Below are positions 26,951-40,338 of a stretch of 64,000 bases of DNA, piece after piece. The notes under the pieces are model-generated. The model searched no databases. It saw only the letters and a program-made list of their open reading frames with translations, and had not been told where the DNA came from. Within the stretch, counting starts at the first letter, position 1. Every line of letters starts with the position of its first letter. Source of the DNA: Felis catus (taxonomy: Eukaryota); the NCBI RefSeq assembly GCF_018350175.1, contig NC_058368.1:43774001-43838000 (forward strand), written 5' to 3'. A program made the position numbers and the translations under genes.

Positions 26951-27989
26951 CTTGAAAAGTTACTATTATTCTCATTTTATACTTCAAGATACTAAGGCCT
27001 AAGGAAGATCCTCAAGAGCATAAATGGTTTGTGCAACATGATACATGTGTAAACAGGAAGAGCAGCCCTCTCACTCCTCTTTGATGTTGCAATTATACTC
27101 TTAACCACTAGGTTGTGTCACTTTGTGTGTTTTGCAGCAAAGACTATTTATTAAACTCTGTTGGTATCTGGGTTCATCATCTGGTGTGCTCATCTGTGTT
27201 GCGATTTAGGTATAAGTACCAAATTGACTTCCTCATTCTGTTTCTTTTCCTAAAGGATCTGTACATGAGATGTTTTTATTTTGTCTCCTGCCTCCCTATC
27301 TACTCACCCCACCCCCCGCAATGGTCAGACCAGACTCTATTTAATCATCCTTCCATATGATGTGGGTATTAGTAGTATTGAAAATGAAACTATTACTTAA
27401 TATCTAAAATAAAACTGAATTATAGTACTCAGTTATGTAAGGAATATCTAATCTGGATAGGTGTGGTTTCATTAAGCAGAGCAAACTTCCTATCTTCTAT
27501 TGAATTTTGGAGAGCATTCCTTTTGAGGCTCTTTTAGTTACAAAGTCAGAAGAGACAGTAATGAGTTGATACCAGCCTTATAAAGTAATTCACTCATATG
27601 CATCTTCTGACAAACTGGCTGATTTTCAAAAAAGTGGGGAAGGGGACACTACTACATTGGTTAGTTTCCAGCTCTGTATTTACTAAAGTCAGTTGTCATA
27701 TTTTTCAGACAGGTTTTAAATTAGTTCTGGTGTTGATCTGTTGGCAGAATAATAAATACTCAGTCTTTTCTTAACAGCAATGTACCTTTAAATTCTCAGT
27801 AAAGTTCACCAGGATATCTTCTTCAACTTACTTTAAAGGGATATAATAGTCTTCCACAGAGGCAATTAATCAGGTCACATCTACACAACATTTTGGAAAA
27901 TTCGTGTTTCTTTCATGTAAGTGATTCTGTTTTTCAGTCTCTTAAGACTTTACAATAAATTTTTAAACATTTAGTAACCCTATCTTGAA

Positions 27990-28190
27990 CCTACATTTGA
28001 AGTCAGACAATTTCATTCAAATTGTAGTTCTACCACTTTCTAGATTGGAATCAAATGGGACATCTATTAATCTCTGAGTATATAATAATCTATAAAATGG
28101 AGATAATAATGTGAAACTCATAAACTTGTGATTATTGAGTCAAATGACATGGTATTGGTAAAGTAACTAGAAATATGTTGTAATAATTCT
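27990..28190 (+). mobile_element. MIR fragment
   Basis: TTTGAAGTCAGACA...TTCAAATTGTAGTTCTACCACTT...ATCTATAAAATGGAGATAATAAT. Confidence 0.7.
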
Positions 28191-28316
28191 TTATTTTTGG
28201 CTTAATATTGAAAATGCTGTATTTTAATTTATAACTTCATATGTACCTCAAAATAAGCAACAATTTCAAATTTATTTTTATAATTTCTTATATAGCAGGT
28301 ATTTATTAGTATTTTA

Positions 28317-28527
28317 ATTTTTTTTCAATGTTCATTTATTTTTGGGACAGAGAGAGACAGAGCATGAACGGGGGAGGGGCAGAGAGGGAGGGAGACACAG
28401 AATCGGAAACAGGCTCCAGGCTCTGAGCCATCAGCCCAGAGCCCGACGCGGGGCTCGAACTCACAGACGCGAGATCGTGACCTGGCTGAAGTCGGACGCT
28501 TAACCGACTGCGCCACCCAGGCGCCCC
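28317..28527 (-). mobile_element. Young felid SINE (SINEC_Fc-type)
   Basis: Near-consensus with most CpGs intact; TSD TTAGTATTTTA at 28306-28316 and 28529-28539. Confidence 0.97.
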
Positions 28528-28559
28528 TTTAGTATTTTAGTACTAAAGAGGCATTAGGA

Positions 28560-28754
28560 TTTTTTTAAGTTTATTTATTTATTTTGGGAGACAGATCACA
28601 AACAGGGGAGGGGCAGAGAGAAGGAGAGACAGAATCCCAAGCAGGCTCTGCACCATCAGCGCAGAGCCAGTGTGGGGCTCAAACTAATGTACTGTGAGAT
28701 CGTGACCTAAGCCAAGAGTCAGAAGCTTAACCGGCTGAGTCATCCAGGTGCCCC
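28560..28754 (-). mobile_element. Can-SINE (older subfamily)
   Basis: AGAATCCCAAGCAGGCTCTGCACC body; flanks AAGAGGCATTAGGA / AAGCGGCATTAGGA. Confidence 0.94.
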
Positions 28755-28999
28755 AAGCGGCATTAGGACTGTTAATAGTCATTTTAAAATAACTAGATTT
28801 TCTACTTAAATATGTATTAAGAAGACTATATGCTAGAAGCTCGTTGAATAAAACCACTAATCAAAAATTTTTGAAGATCATAGCTGAAATTACCCATAAA
28901 GAGCACATCTAACTTAAAGTTTTATAATAATAAACATAAATGGAAATTGTCTTCATTATAATATAAATATGAAAAATATTACTAGTAGTATCAATAATA

Positions 29000-29240
29000 G
29001 TAATAATAAGTAGCAATATCTGGGGTCAATTCTTGAGAATTTACTATACGAGTCACTGCTCTTTATTTGCATTATTTCATTTTATCCTCATACTAAAGAG
29101 ATCATATAAATATACTTACCCCAATTTACGTATAATGAAACAGTTACAGAGATTATAAAATTTGTGCAAAATATCATGGTTATTAAGGGATGAAATCCAG
29201 CATAAAATAAGATTAAATTATTTGAATATAAATTATAATG
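29000..29240 (-). mobile_element. MIR fragment
   Basis: TTGAGAATTTACTATACG...CATTATTTCATTTTATCCTCA...CCCCAATTTAC...AATGAAACAG, antisense MIR pattern. Confidence 0.6.
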
Positions 29241-30199
29241 TCTTACCTATCCCTGAGATTTTTAGTTGTTTCTCCTTTGATTTGTTCTTAGCTCGGTTTT
29301 TCGTATTGCAAATTGGTCAAAAGTACATTTTTATTACCTTGGAGAGACCCTAGTCTTTCATGTCCACATGACAATAACCTAATAATGTCAAGTTATTATC
29401 AAGTTATTACCTGGATTTGAGTCACATTATCTCATGTAGATGGACTTAAGAATCTCTCTTTACTCTCCTGGAGAACAAATTCAAAATGGGAAAGAGCTAT
29501 TTATTTCTCTTAAGACAGAGAACCTCCTGCCCAAACCTCCACCCTAAATGACACACTCTCACCTGGAAGCATCAGCAGTTTTTCATTTTGAAACATCAAA
29601 ATGTCTCTGAAGACCATGGGGAAATCTTGGCATCTCTAGGGTAGAGATAATATTGCTATTGTATTATCTTCTCCAAAGTATTTAAGCAATGTTTTATTGT
29701 AACTATTCTGTAAAGAACGAACGATGTGGCCTCAGCATTCTTCTGTTTAGTGGCTATTATGTATGTATCAACACCTTACAGAGGGTTTGGAGAGGAGTGC
29801 AAATTAGTGCTTATGAATTTCAATGTATTGAAAGTCTGTGGTGTGTATGTGTGTTTGCAAAGTGTGAACATGATTACATTACTTGAAAATTTGCATTTCA
29901 TGGTGATTATTTAAGCTGTTGATACATCTAAGTTACATTATTGACATTCAACAGTGAAATGATCTGTGGCATTTTATAGGATATAGGAAAGATTTGAAAT
30001 CTGTTATCCGTATGTACATTTCTAAATGCAGTTGTTTGAAAATTAGTTTTGTTCCATGATTTTCATCAAACAACTTGAAATTCTGTTTAGGTCTTTGACA
30101 GGGATTGGAGTAAGTTTTATAAGTTATAGTCACCCAATACCTTGGAAAGCCCAGACCAATTTTTTTATGCAAAAATGGTATTTGTTTACCATAAATCAC

Positions 30200-30265
30200 C
30201 AATAGCCAATTTATGGAGAGAGCTCAAATGTCCACTGACTAATGAATAGATAAAGAAGAGGTAGA

Positions 30266-30312
<47 letters not shown>

Positions 30313-30705
30313 TATTACTCAGCCATCAAAAAGAATGAAATCTTGCTATTAGCAATGACATAGATGGAGCGAGAACGTATTATGCTAAGCAAACTAAGTC
30401 AGACAGAGAAAGACAAATATGATTTCACTCATATGAGGAATTTAAGAAATGTAAAAGATGAACATGGGGGGAAAAAGACAGAGAGAGGCAAACCATAACT
30501 TGTTCTCTTAACTATGACTGCTGGAGGGGAGGTGGCTGGGGGAACGGGTTAAATAGGTGATGGGGATTAAGGAGGGTATTTGTTGTGATGAACACTGGGT
30601 GTTGTATGTAAGTGATGAATCACTAAATTCTATACCTGAAACTAATATCACACTGTATGTTAACTAACTGCAATTTAAATAAAAACATGAAATCAAAAAA
30701 AATCA
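30200..30705 (+). mobile_element. LINE-1 3' end (carnivore type) with internal (TA)n
   Basis: GAATATTACTCAGCCATCAAAAAGAATGAAATCTTGC...ACACTGTATGTTAACTAACT, A tail; (TA)n at ~30267-30309. Confidence 0.92.
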
Positions 30706-33700
30706 AAATAAAGTCTCATAAGTGCAGCTATACTTAAAAAAATCTTATGCTTACAAATGCTATTGATTTAATAAATTATTTGCCAGGAAAAAATCTAATT
30801 AGACTAAAATGTTTCAATTATTATTCTGGCCTGTTTTTATTGTGCTTCATTTTGATGATAACCATAAAGGGTAAATCAGATTTTTAAAGTCTTTTTGTGC
30901 CTGCTCCCTTAATTAAAGTTTGTATTTCCTTATTGCCATAACCATTTCTTCCATTTTTATCATAATTACATATATTTATGACATTCTTAATTTAAAACAA
31001 TCTTAGTTTCATTTTTGGTTGTTAGTTTCTTTTGTCTTTTCTCAAATGGTTGGTTAATATAAATTTCTGTAAAGAGTTTGTATAATTATTATAGAAATGT
31101 TAGTAGGAGTACTGTGCTTTATTTTTTCTATATTGATGAAACATTACAAATAAACATTTAAAACTTGGATTATAATTAGTGATATTATTTCTAAAATATT
31201 TAGGTCTTGTATGACCCTGCTTTTCATGGTTTGAACATTTACTTACGTTACCAGTTAGGCACTCACACATTTTAAATTTTTGTTACTTTAAATGTTTATG
31301 ATTTTGTGAGATTATGTGTAATTCCATTTAAAACATTTTAATTAAAGTTGTTTACATTGGAGACTAATTTTATTTTTAATCCACAATGTTGAAATAATTT
31401 TGGAACATCAAACAAACCTTTTAAATAAAATCGAGAGGGTTAATTTTCACTTTAAGGGATATTTACTATTTACAAAATTCTAATGAAAACACTACAGGAC
31501 ATTGAGTTGAATTTTAAGATTCTAAGGTGATAAAGGTTAGTAAAGGATGGAAATGTCCCAATAAGGGAGAAGGGACAACCGTATATATAGAGTTAGTGAT
31601 CAATGTAGATGTGTTGCTTAATATTCATTCATTTCTCCTTATACCTATTCATGAGGTATTTTTAAAATATAGGGTGAAATATTAATGATTATAAATAATC
31701 TGACCTAATTTGTGTATCACTTAATATTTGAATAACTAATATTTAAGCTGATGTATGAGTAATGAGTTTTAGATTAGTGAAGAATAAAGAACAGCTTTTG
31801 AAGAATAGTTGCTTGAGTACAAGTAACATTCTTCCAATTAGAATTTGTATCTCAATGTTTTCTTTCCTTTCTACTTAACATAAGTATGTATATTTAATGT
31901 TCTCTATCTGCAAACAAAACCTTTCCTGAAGAAATATACTCCTTATATCTACTGACTCATTTTCTTTTTGCTCTTAAGAGCAGCAATATTTATACATCCA
32001 TCTAAATATCATTACTCAGGCCTTCCACACACACAGTCCTCCCACCATATTTTAATATGTGGTATAGTGCATACTGGTGTCAAATTATGCTTGTTTTATG
32101 TTTTTTAGCTCAGATGTAAGTTTCATAAGCATATAGACTTTGTTTATGTCTCTCTCTAAGTAATTGATGCCAGAAGAGTGCATATTAAATGGCAGGCATT
32201 ATGTCAGTGTTGATCAGAAAAAAAACAAAAACAGAGAATACATGTGCAATCACAGAAATATGAGGAAGCACCGTTTCTTAACAAGGCAGAAAGGAGTTGC
32301 TTTTTTTGGTGTTGTTGGCTTTTGGCTTTGGATATAAGCTATACCTTCCATCACAGACAGGCAGAATGACACAATATTTATTAAGACTAATGTATTTGGG
32401 GGTTTTCTCCTGGGAGGTTGCTGTCTTCTATTTCCATGGTTTGTAAAAGTTAAGGACATTTGCTATGTGTGGCATGTTGTTCATATATCACATGACATAA
32501 TATTGAATACTCAAGAAGTGATGAGTTATCACATTAAATAACTCTTAGATGAATAATTCAGCAAACAATCATTTGATCTCACGGAGTATGACTCTTATGG
32601 ATAGACTCTAAACAAACTATTATTCTTTTCTTTCAGGAAATATTTCCCCCACACATGCATTCTTATTTTTTCAAGTCATATGGCTGCAATTTATCTCATT
32701 TTAGATCTTTCTTTCCTGCAGCCACCCCCATGTTTTGTTTATGATTATAACTATACATTTATATCTCTTGAAGACTACATCTGCCTCTTGAATATAAAAA
32801 ATACTGGTGAAATTAGTAGATAATTTCTTGTACACATTTCAAATTCTTAGTAACATGGGGAGGCTAAGGTGTACATAAAGCAATTGACAACATTCAGTTT
32901 TATGAGAATACTTGCTTTAGTGTTTCTGTATTACAAGCACTGAATTAAGCCATAGGCGTCCAAACCTGAATAAGGCAGGTCCTTTATTCTCAAGAAGATA
33001 AGTTATCATTGGGTTAGACAAACATCATGATACAATTTAATAAATGTTAACATATGTATACCACAAAGAATATGACAGAGGAGAAGATGAAAACACTGTT
33101 ACAAATGTGAATGTTTAATTTGTATGGATGAGAAGGATTTCCCTAGCAGAAAATATTAGGAAAGGCTATCTGGTACAAGATAACAACACTTACAGAAGCA
33201 CAAACCATGAATGATAATGTTATATTATAAAAGCAATTAAAAACTTTCTCAATATTTATGTCTTATTGGATATGTAGAATTAAAGAAGTAACTTGCAGAC
33301 TGAGTGATTGATTGAATATATGTAATAATATTAACCCAAATTAAAAATACTAAAGAAGATCAAGAAGATATGAGTGTCAGGAAATTATTTGTAAATAATA
33401 TGTTAATCTGATTTTTTGAGAGAATGTATTAACTTCTTTTCAAACAACAAAAATATAGGTATTCTGGAGTTGATAGAATCTAAGAGACAATTGGAATAGA
33501 ATGCTAGCCTTACAAGAACATTGATTTCTACTTCTTTTTTGAATTAATATATTCCCTAAGCCATGAATGGAACCTAGAACGTGATTCATACTTATCATTT
33601 GTTATATGAGTAAATATTAATTAAAACTTGGATGTACCCAAAGTTTTAATGTTACCAGTATAATTCCATTATAAATGAGGAAGAAAAAAAAAAACAAAGG

Positions 33701-36700
33701 AAAAACTAGAAAACCAAGCAGTATAGTTTTGACTTAAACATATGTAAACACTGTAAAAAAAATAAGGTACTATTTGGCATGAGAGGCTGGATATTGGTTT
33801 TCTTTGTATGAGAGGGACACTTCTTTGAAAGGAGAATATGAGGGCCTCATTTCTACCAGTATCAGCACTGTTCTATTTTAAAAGCTTGTTTACAGAAAAT
33901 TATTACTTGTTTTACAATGATTACCATAGGTTTATACAGTTACCAAAAAGGTGAACCTGGGTAAGTTCTACCCAGGTATAGCAAAGACAAATATAAAGAG
34001 GTTATTAAAGCCTGCTTGAGAATGATGAACATATCATATAAAGGAGATTAGCTCAAATAATACTTAAATCTCTATTGTTCTATAGAGAATATATGGCATA
34101 TATTTTAATTTATAATGTGGTTTTTAGTATTTTGTGATTCTCTTTTATTTGGCAACTTAGATTGTTTAAAACTATATCTATCAAACACTATAAAGTGTTA
34201 AAACTTTGAAATGTGAATGAATCTAGTAGGGACAATTGAATTTCTCTCTCCATATATAATGGGATCTTGATTTACCTAATGAGAAATCATAATTTACACT
34301 CAAATGCATTGAAATACAAGAGTCATTATTTTCTTCTGGTGTAGAATTTTATCCAAGAATAATTTCCATCACTTTCTCCATTGAACTAAATATGTTGTAA
34401 TACTTACTTTTATGTATGGGACAACTATATAATCATTGGCAAGAACTTTGATAAAGAGCTTCTAGGATAAACGATTCTATCTGTGGATTTACAGGACACA
34501 TATGCTTTGAGCAATGCTATCTTTACACTGCAGACACTAGCTAGTTCAATCTCAGTGGCAAAGTGTGTGAGAGGATAGACTGGAGAAAAAGGTAATATCC
34601 TCCCTAACTTAATCAGTCTTCCATGGTGAGCAGCTAAGCTTGTAACTGCTATTCAGAAAGATGTTCATTAAGGTTTCTGAAGCGTCCTTCACCTTGCAGG
34701 AGACAGGCCAGTTTATCGGATTGCTTAAATTAACAAGCAGGATGTTCTTTGCAATACCTTTTACTGAAGTTTGGTATACTTATTTTCTGCCAGCCAGGAG
34801 CTGTATTCTGATAGTGAAATATGTTTTTTATATGTGAAACTCAGGGTCAGTTTTATGTTTTAATTTGTAAAAACACATTGGAAATATTATGAGATATTCA
34901 GGGTATTTTAGGGGTTAATTTTTTTAAATGTGAGTCAAAAACCAGGGACAAGTGGGAAAGAGTTTGGGTATTTGTTAAATCTGATTTAATTTTTAAGGGA
35001 AATATCAGGAAGGACATATCGATTAGCGTTATTCTAAAATCTATAGGAATGTACTGTTTTGGATATGAAATGTCATCCTTTAGGGGATTGGAAGTTATTA
35101 ATATATATCTAAATGAACTGGTGTTTACAAAGAGGAAATGAAGGAATAACTAGATGATCAGATTTCAAAATATAATACCAAGCAGCTTTTTGTTACGTTA
35201 TTTGAAATAAGATATAAATATGGTATTACTATAATTGTCCTCACACAGCCAAGTCAAGAATTTGTCCTAAGCTTTCCCTCCAGTGACTGTGTTAACTCTT
35301 CTATCACCTCTCCATTTAACAGTTTTTCACTGAACATGTATTTGTCCTTGGCACTGGCACCGTGAGAGAATAAAAAAAGAAGAATGGGCATGCATTCTGT
35401 CCCAATGAGTCCAAGAAGGGAGTTAAGACAATTACTCCTCTTCATTCTCCCAGAAAATTGACCTTCTCTTCGCTTACTTGCCTTCCTCACCAGTAGAAAT
35501 AGAGTAACAATAAATAACATCCCTGTCAATATTCAGTGTTAGATCAATTTTGCCTGCTTTACCCCCTTTCCATCTTAAGCACATCAGATAATTAATGAAA
35601 AGACACTTCTGTCAGATAAAGCCAAATTTGTAGAAGAAAACTTAGGAAAAAATTAGTGTGCCTTTGCCTTAGGCATATATTTCTTGGATACAATACCATA
35701 AGCAAGATCCAAAAAAGAAAATAATATGATGATTTGATACAATATCAAATTCCACTTAAAAATTACTCTTCCAAAGATACGATAAAGAAAAAGAAAAGAA
35801 AAAGGGTGATTTTTTTTGGATGAAAATTGTTATATGTGTAGTGCTTCACCATAATATCTATTTTTGTTCTCTCCATTGCAATAACTATTAAGGCAAATAT
35901 TTATAATTACAAAGAGGCATGCTTAGATAATTTAAAAGTACTTATGTATAGTTACTAAAAGTAGAAATATGGTAAGAATCTTGCTCTTCTAATACCTAAC
36001 CAAATGTTCTTTTCCATGTTACTTATTTGTAAAAAAAATATCATATTAAAATTATATTATCAATAAATATAAGAATTGGGCTCAAAACAACCCATTAAAA
36101 TTATAAAAGGCTCATCTGCTAAAATATCAATTTGAGCTACATAGAATAGTATTTGTTTTTTTTGTTTTTTTTGTTGTTTTTTTTTTTTTGCTCTTTGGAA
36201 TAATTTCTGTTACTCAGAGAATTACATTTTTCTGTTGTTCTTTAATCCATAGTTTTGAAGTAGTAGTGAGAATTATTAGATCTCAAAACACAGGGACAAT
36301 TACTTGAAAAAATTTCATGTTTTTATTCTTAGAGAAATTGTATATCCACCTTTAATACAGAGTGAGGTTTTATGTAAGACAATACATGATTTTTATAGCA
36401 AGCTAATAATTTTTAAACAAGCATCGAAACTAAAGTAAATAAAAATTTCAAAAAGATATGTGTATTCTTCATACTGAAATGTGCTTAGTTATGTTTTCAA
36501 ATAAGTTGCAGGATTATATATTGAAGTATGATCTACAACACACCCAACTGCTGATTATGTACATACATAGTTAACTTCTTGATATATGATGCATTCTCCT
36601 TAAAACCTTCATATTGTGTGCAAATCTTTCTGGAATATTTTTTCAAATGTAAGAAATTGAAAATAAAATTTTCAGTAACAGTGAATCTCAAAATGTACCA

Positions 36701-37644
36701 ATTTATGGATTGTTAATTTAAAGTAACATCGCAAATTGTTTTTAGTTACCAGTGTATTTCAGTTTCCTAACAGGAATTTTTCAAGAAGTAAACATTCTCA
36801 GTATAAATTGTGCATATTTCTTACATTAAAGAAAAATGTTGCGGTTTTTTTGGCACATGTTGATAGTATATTTCTCAAAAGATATTCAATTATTTTAAAA
36901 TCCTGGAAGGATAAATTCCGAAAAAAGTAAACACAGTATAATCCTAAAACAGATGATAAGGTAAAGCCTGTTTCATTGTGTATAAAATATTTTTATTATT
37001 TACATTTAATGACTTTTACTAGATAGTTTTTATGTGGAGAATATCACAAATACATATAATTGAAAAATAGATTTGTTATGCAAACGATTACCATAAATGC
37101 AACAAAAGCCCCACTAAGAGCATGATTAAAACAACATAAAAATCAAAGAATATCTAAAATTATGTTATCAAATTGATAAAAACATGGGAAATTATTCATA
37201 GAACTATGCAAACAAATGCAGGTGGGTAAAATATAGTTACAAATTGTAACAAACTCAGGAGTGCAACATAAAACCAACCTCTGAATCAACTAGGATAGCT
37301 GATGGCATTCAGGTAATGAATATCAAACAATGCTAAACAGTTTATTCAAAATCAGTCTGGAATCATGAACTACTAAAATTTTATTGTTATGATATCAGAA
37401 TCACTATACCACCCTTATTATATACTTCTTAAAATAGCTTATTCATTATTCTGATTCATAAATATTTTAAGTTGTGATAGTGACGACTAGAGAAATTTTC
37501 CTAGATATCTATCTTTTGTAGCATTAGACATTTCACGTTGAGATTCTGAATCTCTGCTAAAGAGTGATGTGGGAACAAAGTGGACACATATCATCAAATA
37601 AGATAAAGAAAATAAGAAATTATCAGATATTTGAGAATTGTTTT

Positions 37645-37832
37645 ATGTATTTATTTATTATTTTTGTTTCCATTTTTTATGTAAATTCCATGTAGCTAAA
37701 ATATAGTGTAATATTAGTTTCAGGAGTAGAATTTAGTGATTCATCACATATAACACCCAGTGCTCATCACAACAAGTGTCCTCCTTAATACCCATCACCC
37801 ATTTAACCCATGCCCTGCCCACCTTCCTTCCA
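37645..37832 (-). mobile_element. Short LINE-1 3'-terminal fragment
   Basis: T-rich tail then TAACACCCAGTGCTCATCACAACAAGTGTCCTCCTTAATACCCATCACCC, similar to the 3' ends of the other L1s here. Confidence 0.9.
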
Positions 37833-38857
37833 GCATTGTTTGATTTGAGTAATTACAACATATGTTTTGTATTTTTAATTAAAATAGCAAATGCAAATAT
37901 TATATTGTAGAATATTATACTACATTCTCTACATGTTAGCATTTTGTTATTTGAAATCTGATTCTATCCCTAAATAATAATTTGGGGTTTGAAGTGCAAG
38001 ATTTTGATATTCCACATTCTGGAATAAATGCACATGATGGAAGTAAATTGATATTATGTGGTTTAGTTATTATAGTTTAGGTTCCAAAGTGAGGAGGATA
38101 GTATATAGAAAAATGAAAATAGTTTTATTAATAGGATTCATATCCCTTATACATATGTTGAAAACAATTGATATATATATTTATCAAATCAAGTGTAATT
38201 GTATATATGTTTATATATATGAATATAATTTCCATTTTAGTTTCAAAAAATTAGCCAAAAATAAGAAATTTTGATTAAAAAACCTAACAAAATTTACAAT
38301 GAGAAATCTATTAAACAATAAGTCAGTACTTTATATAGGTATGCATTTTGTTAGCTTGAAAACACAGTTCCATGAAGATTTTCTTGAAAACTTCTTTCTG
38401 TTCACCAAATAGAACTGGTGCTTTCTCCTTCATGACCAACCATAATTCTTTTATAAATGTTATAATTCTTTATGTGCATCACTTGTTAATACCATAGGCC
38501 ATGTTTCTATTATTTGGTAAATTCAGAGGATGACACTGAAATAGCCTCAATACAGCATTGTTAACTGAAGTAACAATACACGCAAAGTTTTGTTTGAATT
38601 TAACTTTTGGATAATTAGAACTCTCTACAAATATCAAAGCAAGTTGAAACAGTTGAAAATCTATTGGTAGAGTTTGGCACATTTTATCTCAAATCCAATC
38701 GAGTAAGTTCAAGTTTCCACAAAATTAAGAACAATGTTCAAAAGATATGGAGGTAAAATATACCTGTGTCAATATACTTCCTCATTGATATGGGAATGTA
38801 AAGGATTTGATGAGATCAAAGAACATCCTCTCCTTTAAATCAATATGCTTGTATTTT

Positions 38858-39668
38858 AAACTTTTTTTTCAGTAACTTTAAATTTAGTGAAAAGTTACCA
38901 ACAGCTGCAATAAATTACTGTATGTCCATTACCAGCCTTCTTGCATGTTACCTAACTGTGCTGCAATACCAAACTAATAAATTAACATTGGTACAATACC
39001 ATTAACTGAACTACAGACTTTATTTGGATTTCACCAGAATTTCTTCCAGTGTAGTTTTTTTTTTTCTAAGCCAGCATCCAATCCAGAATATAATGTTATA
39101 TTTAGTTGTCATGTCACCTTAGTATCCTTCAGTCTATGACAGCTTCATAGTCTTTCATTGTTTTTCCTGACCTTCACACTTTAGAATAGTACAGATTAAG
39201 TATTCTGTAGAATTCCGTCTGTTTGGGTTTGCCTGATGTTATCTCATGATTATACAGGAGTTATGGATTTTTAAAATTTCACACAGGTGAAGTACCCTTC
39301 TCATTAAATTATGCAAATCGGTACATGATGTCAACATGAATTTTATTAGTGATGCTAACACTGATCACGATTAAGATTGTGTCTGTCACATTACTATTTT
39401 CACTTTCCATACAATATTCCTATCTATAATTTTTTCCTCACTATATTTATTAGAAGTGTGTAAGTCTAGCTCGCTTTTCAGGGGAGGCAAATTAAACTAC
39501 AACACTGGAAGAGAGAAATACCAAGGAACATAGGTGAAAACAAATGTTAAAATAGATGTTAAAAACATATGTGAGTAACAAACACTGGACTAATAAATAT
39601 TATTTGGGACATACTATACATTATTTGAGACTATACAAATACCATGTTTCTTTTTAAAGTTTCACCCA
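38858..39668 (-). mobile_element. Ancient L1MC-like 3'UTR
   Basis: AAATTAACATTGGTACAATAC...CTACAGACTTTATT...TTTAGTTGTCATGTC; appears to resume at ~40341-40420 after two insertions. Confidence 0.75.
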
Positions 39669-39927
39669 TTATTTATATTTTTTGGTTGGGTATAGTATAC
39701 TTTATTGATGGTATAAGATAAGGTCGGGCTGTTTAAGCTGCCCCCCTTCTTCAGGCTTCTGAGATACAAACTAAAGATAGTAGAGTCTCAAGAGTGGTGA
39801 ATGACTGTGTTGAAGCAAGTCTTCTCTCTTTCTTTTGTGCTATCACTGGGGCTGGTTGGCCATAAGGCTCTTATCCCCTAAAGACCATCTTGACCTTAAG
39901 GTCCACCGCCCTGTTGCAGTATACAAA
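39669..39927 (-). pseudogene. GAPDH: GAPDH processed pseudogene, 5'-truncated (last 18 codons + stop + 3'UTR + polyA)
   Basis: Minus strand 39927-39871 translates FVYCNRAVDLKVKMVFRG*, gap-free against recalled GAPDH FGYSNRVVDLMAHMASKE*; followed by ACCAGCCCCAG...AGCACAA and terminal TACCATCAATAAAGTA...CAACC(A)n like the GAPDH 3'UTR; AATAAA at 39701-39706. Confidence 0.88.
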
Positions 39928-39934
39928 CACCTAC

Positions 39935-40338
39935 TTTTTAAAATTTTAATTCCAGTATAGTTAACAGACAGTGCTATGGTTGTTTTAGGCATACAATATA
40001 GCGATTCAACAATTCTGTACATTACTCCCTACTCATCACGGTAAGTGTACTCTTAGTGTCCTTCACCTATTTTACCCATTCCCTCACCTATCTCCCATCT
40101 GGTAACCGTCAGTTTAATCTCTGTAGTTAAGATATGATTTTTTTGGTTTGTCTCTTTTTTTTCTGTTATTTGTTTTTTTTTTTTAATTTCACATATGAGT
40201 GAAACCATGTGGTATTTGTCTTTCTGTGATTTATTGCACTTAGCATTATACCCTCCAAATCCATTCATGTTACAAATGGCAAGATTTTATTCTGTTTTAT
40301 GGCTGAGTAATACTCCATTCTGTATATATACCATATAT
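39935..40338 (-). mobile_element. LINE-1 3' end (carnivore type)
   Basis: T tail, ATTCCAGTATAGTTAACA..., TTTTATGGCTGAGTAATACTCCATT. Confidence 0.9.

Noticed and set aside
34521..34597. AG...GT-bounded 58-nt candidate exon
   Set aside because: Stops in all three frames and only moderate splice signals.
38479..38682. 67-aa minus-strand ORF in unique DNA
   Set aside because: Non-ATG start, no convincing splice sites, no recognisable protein.
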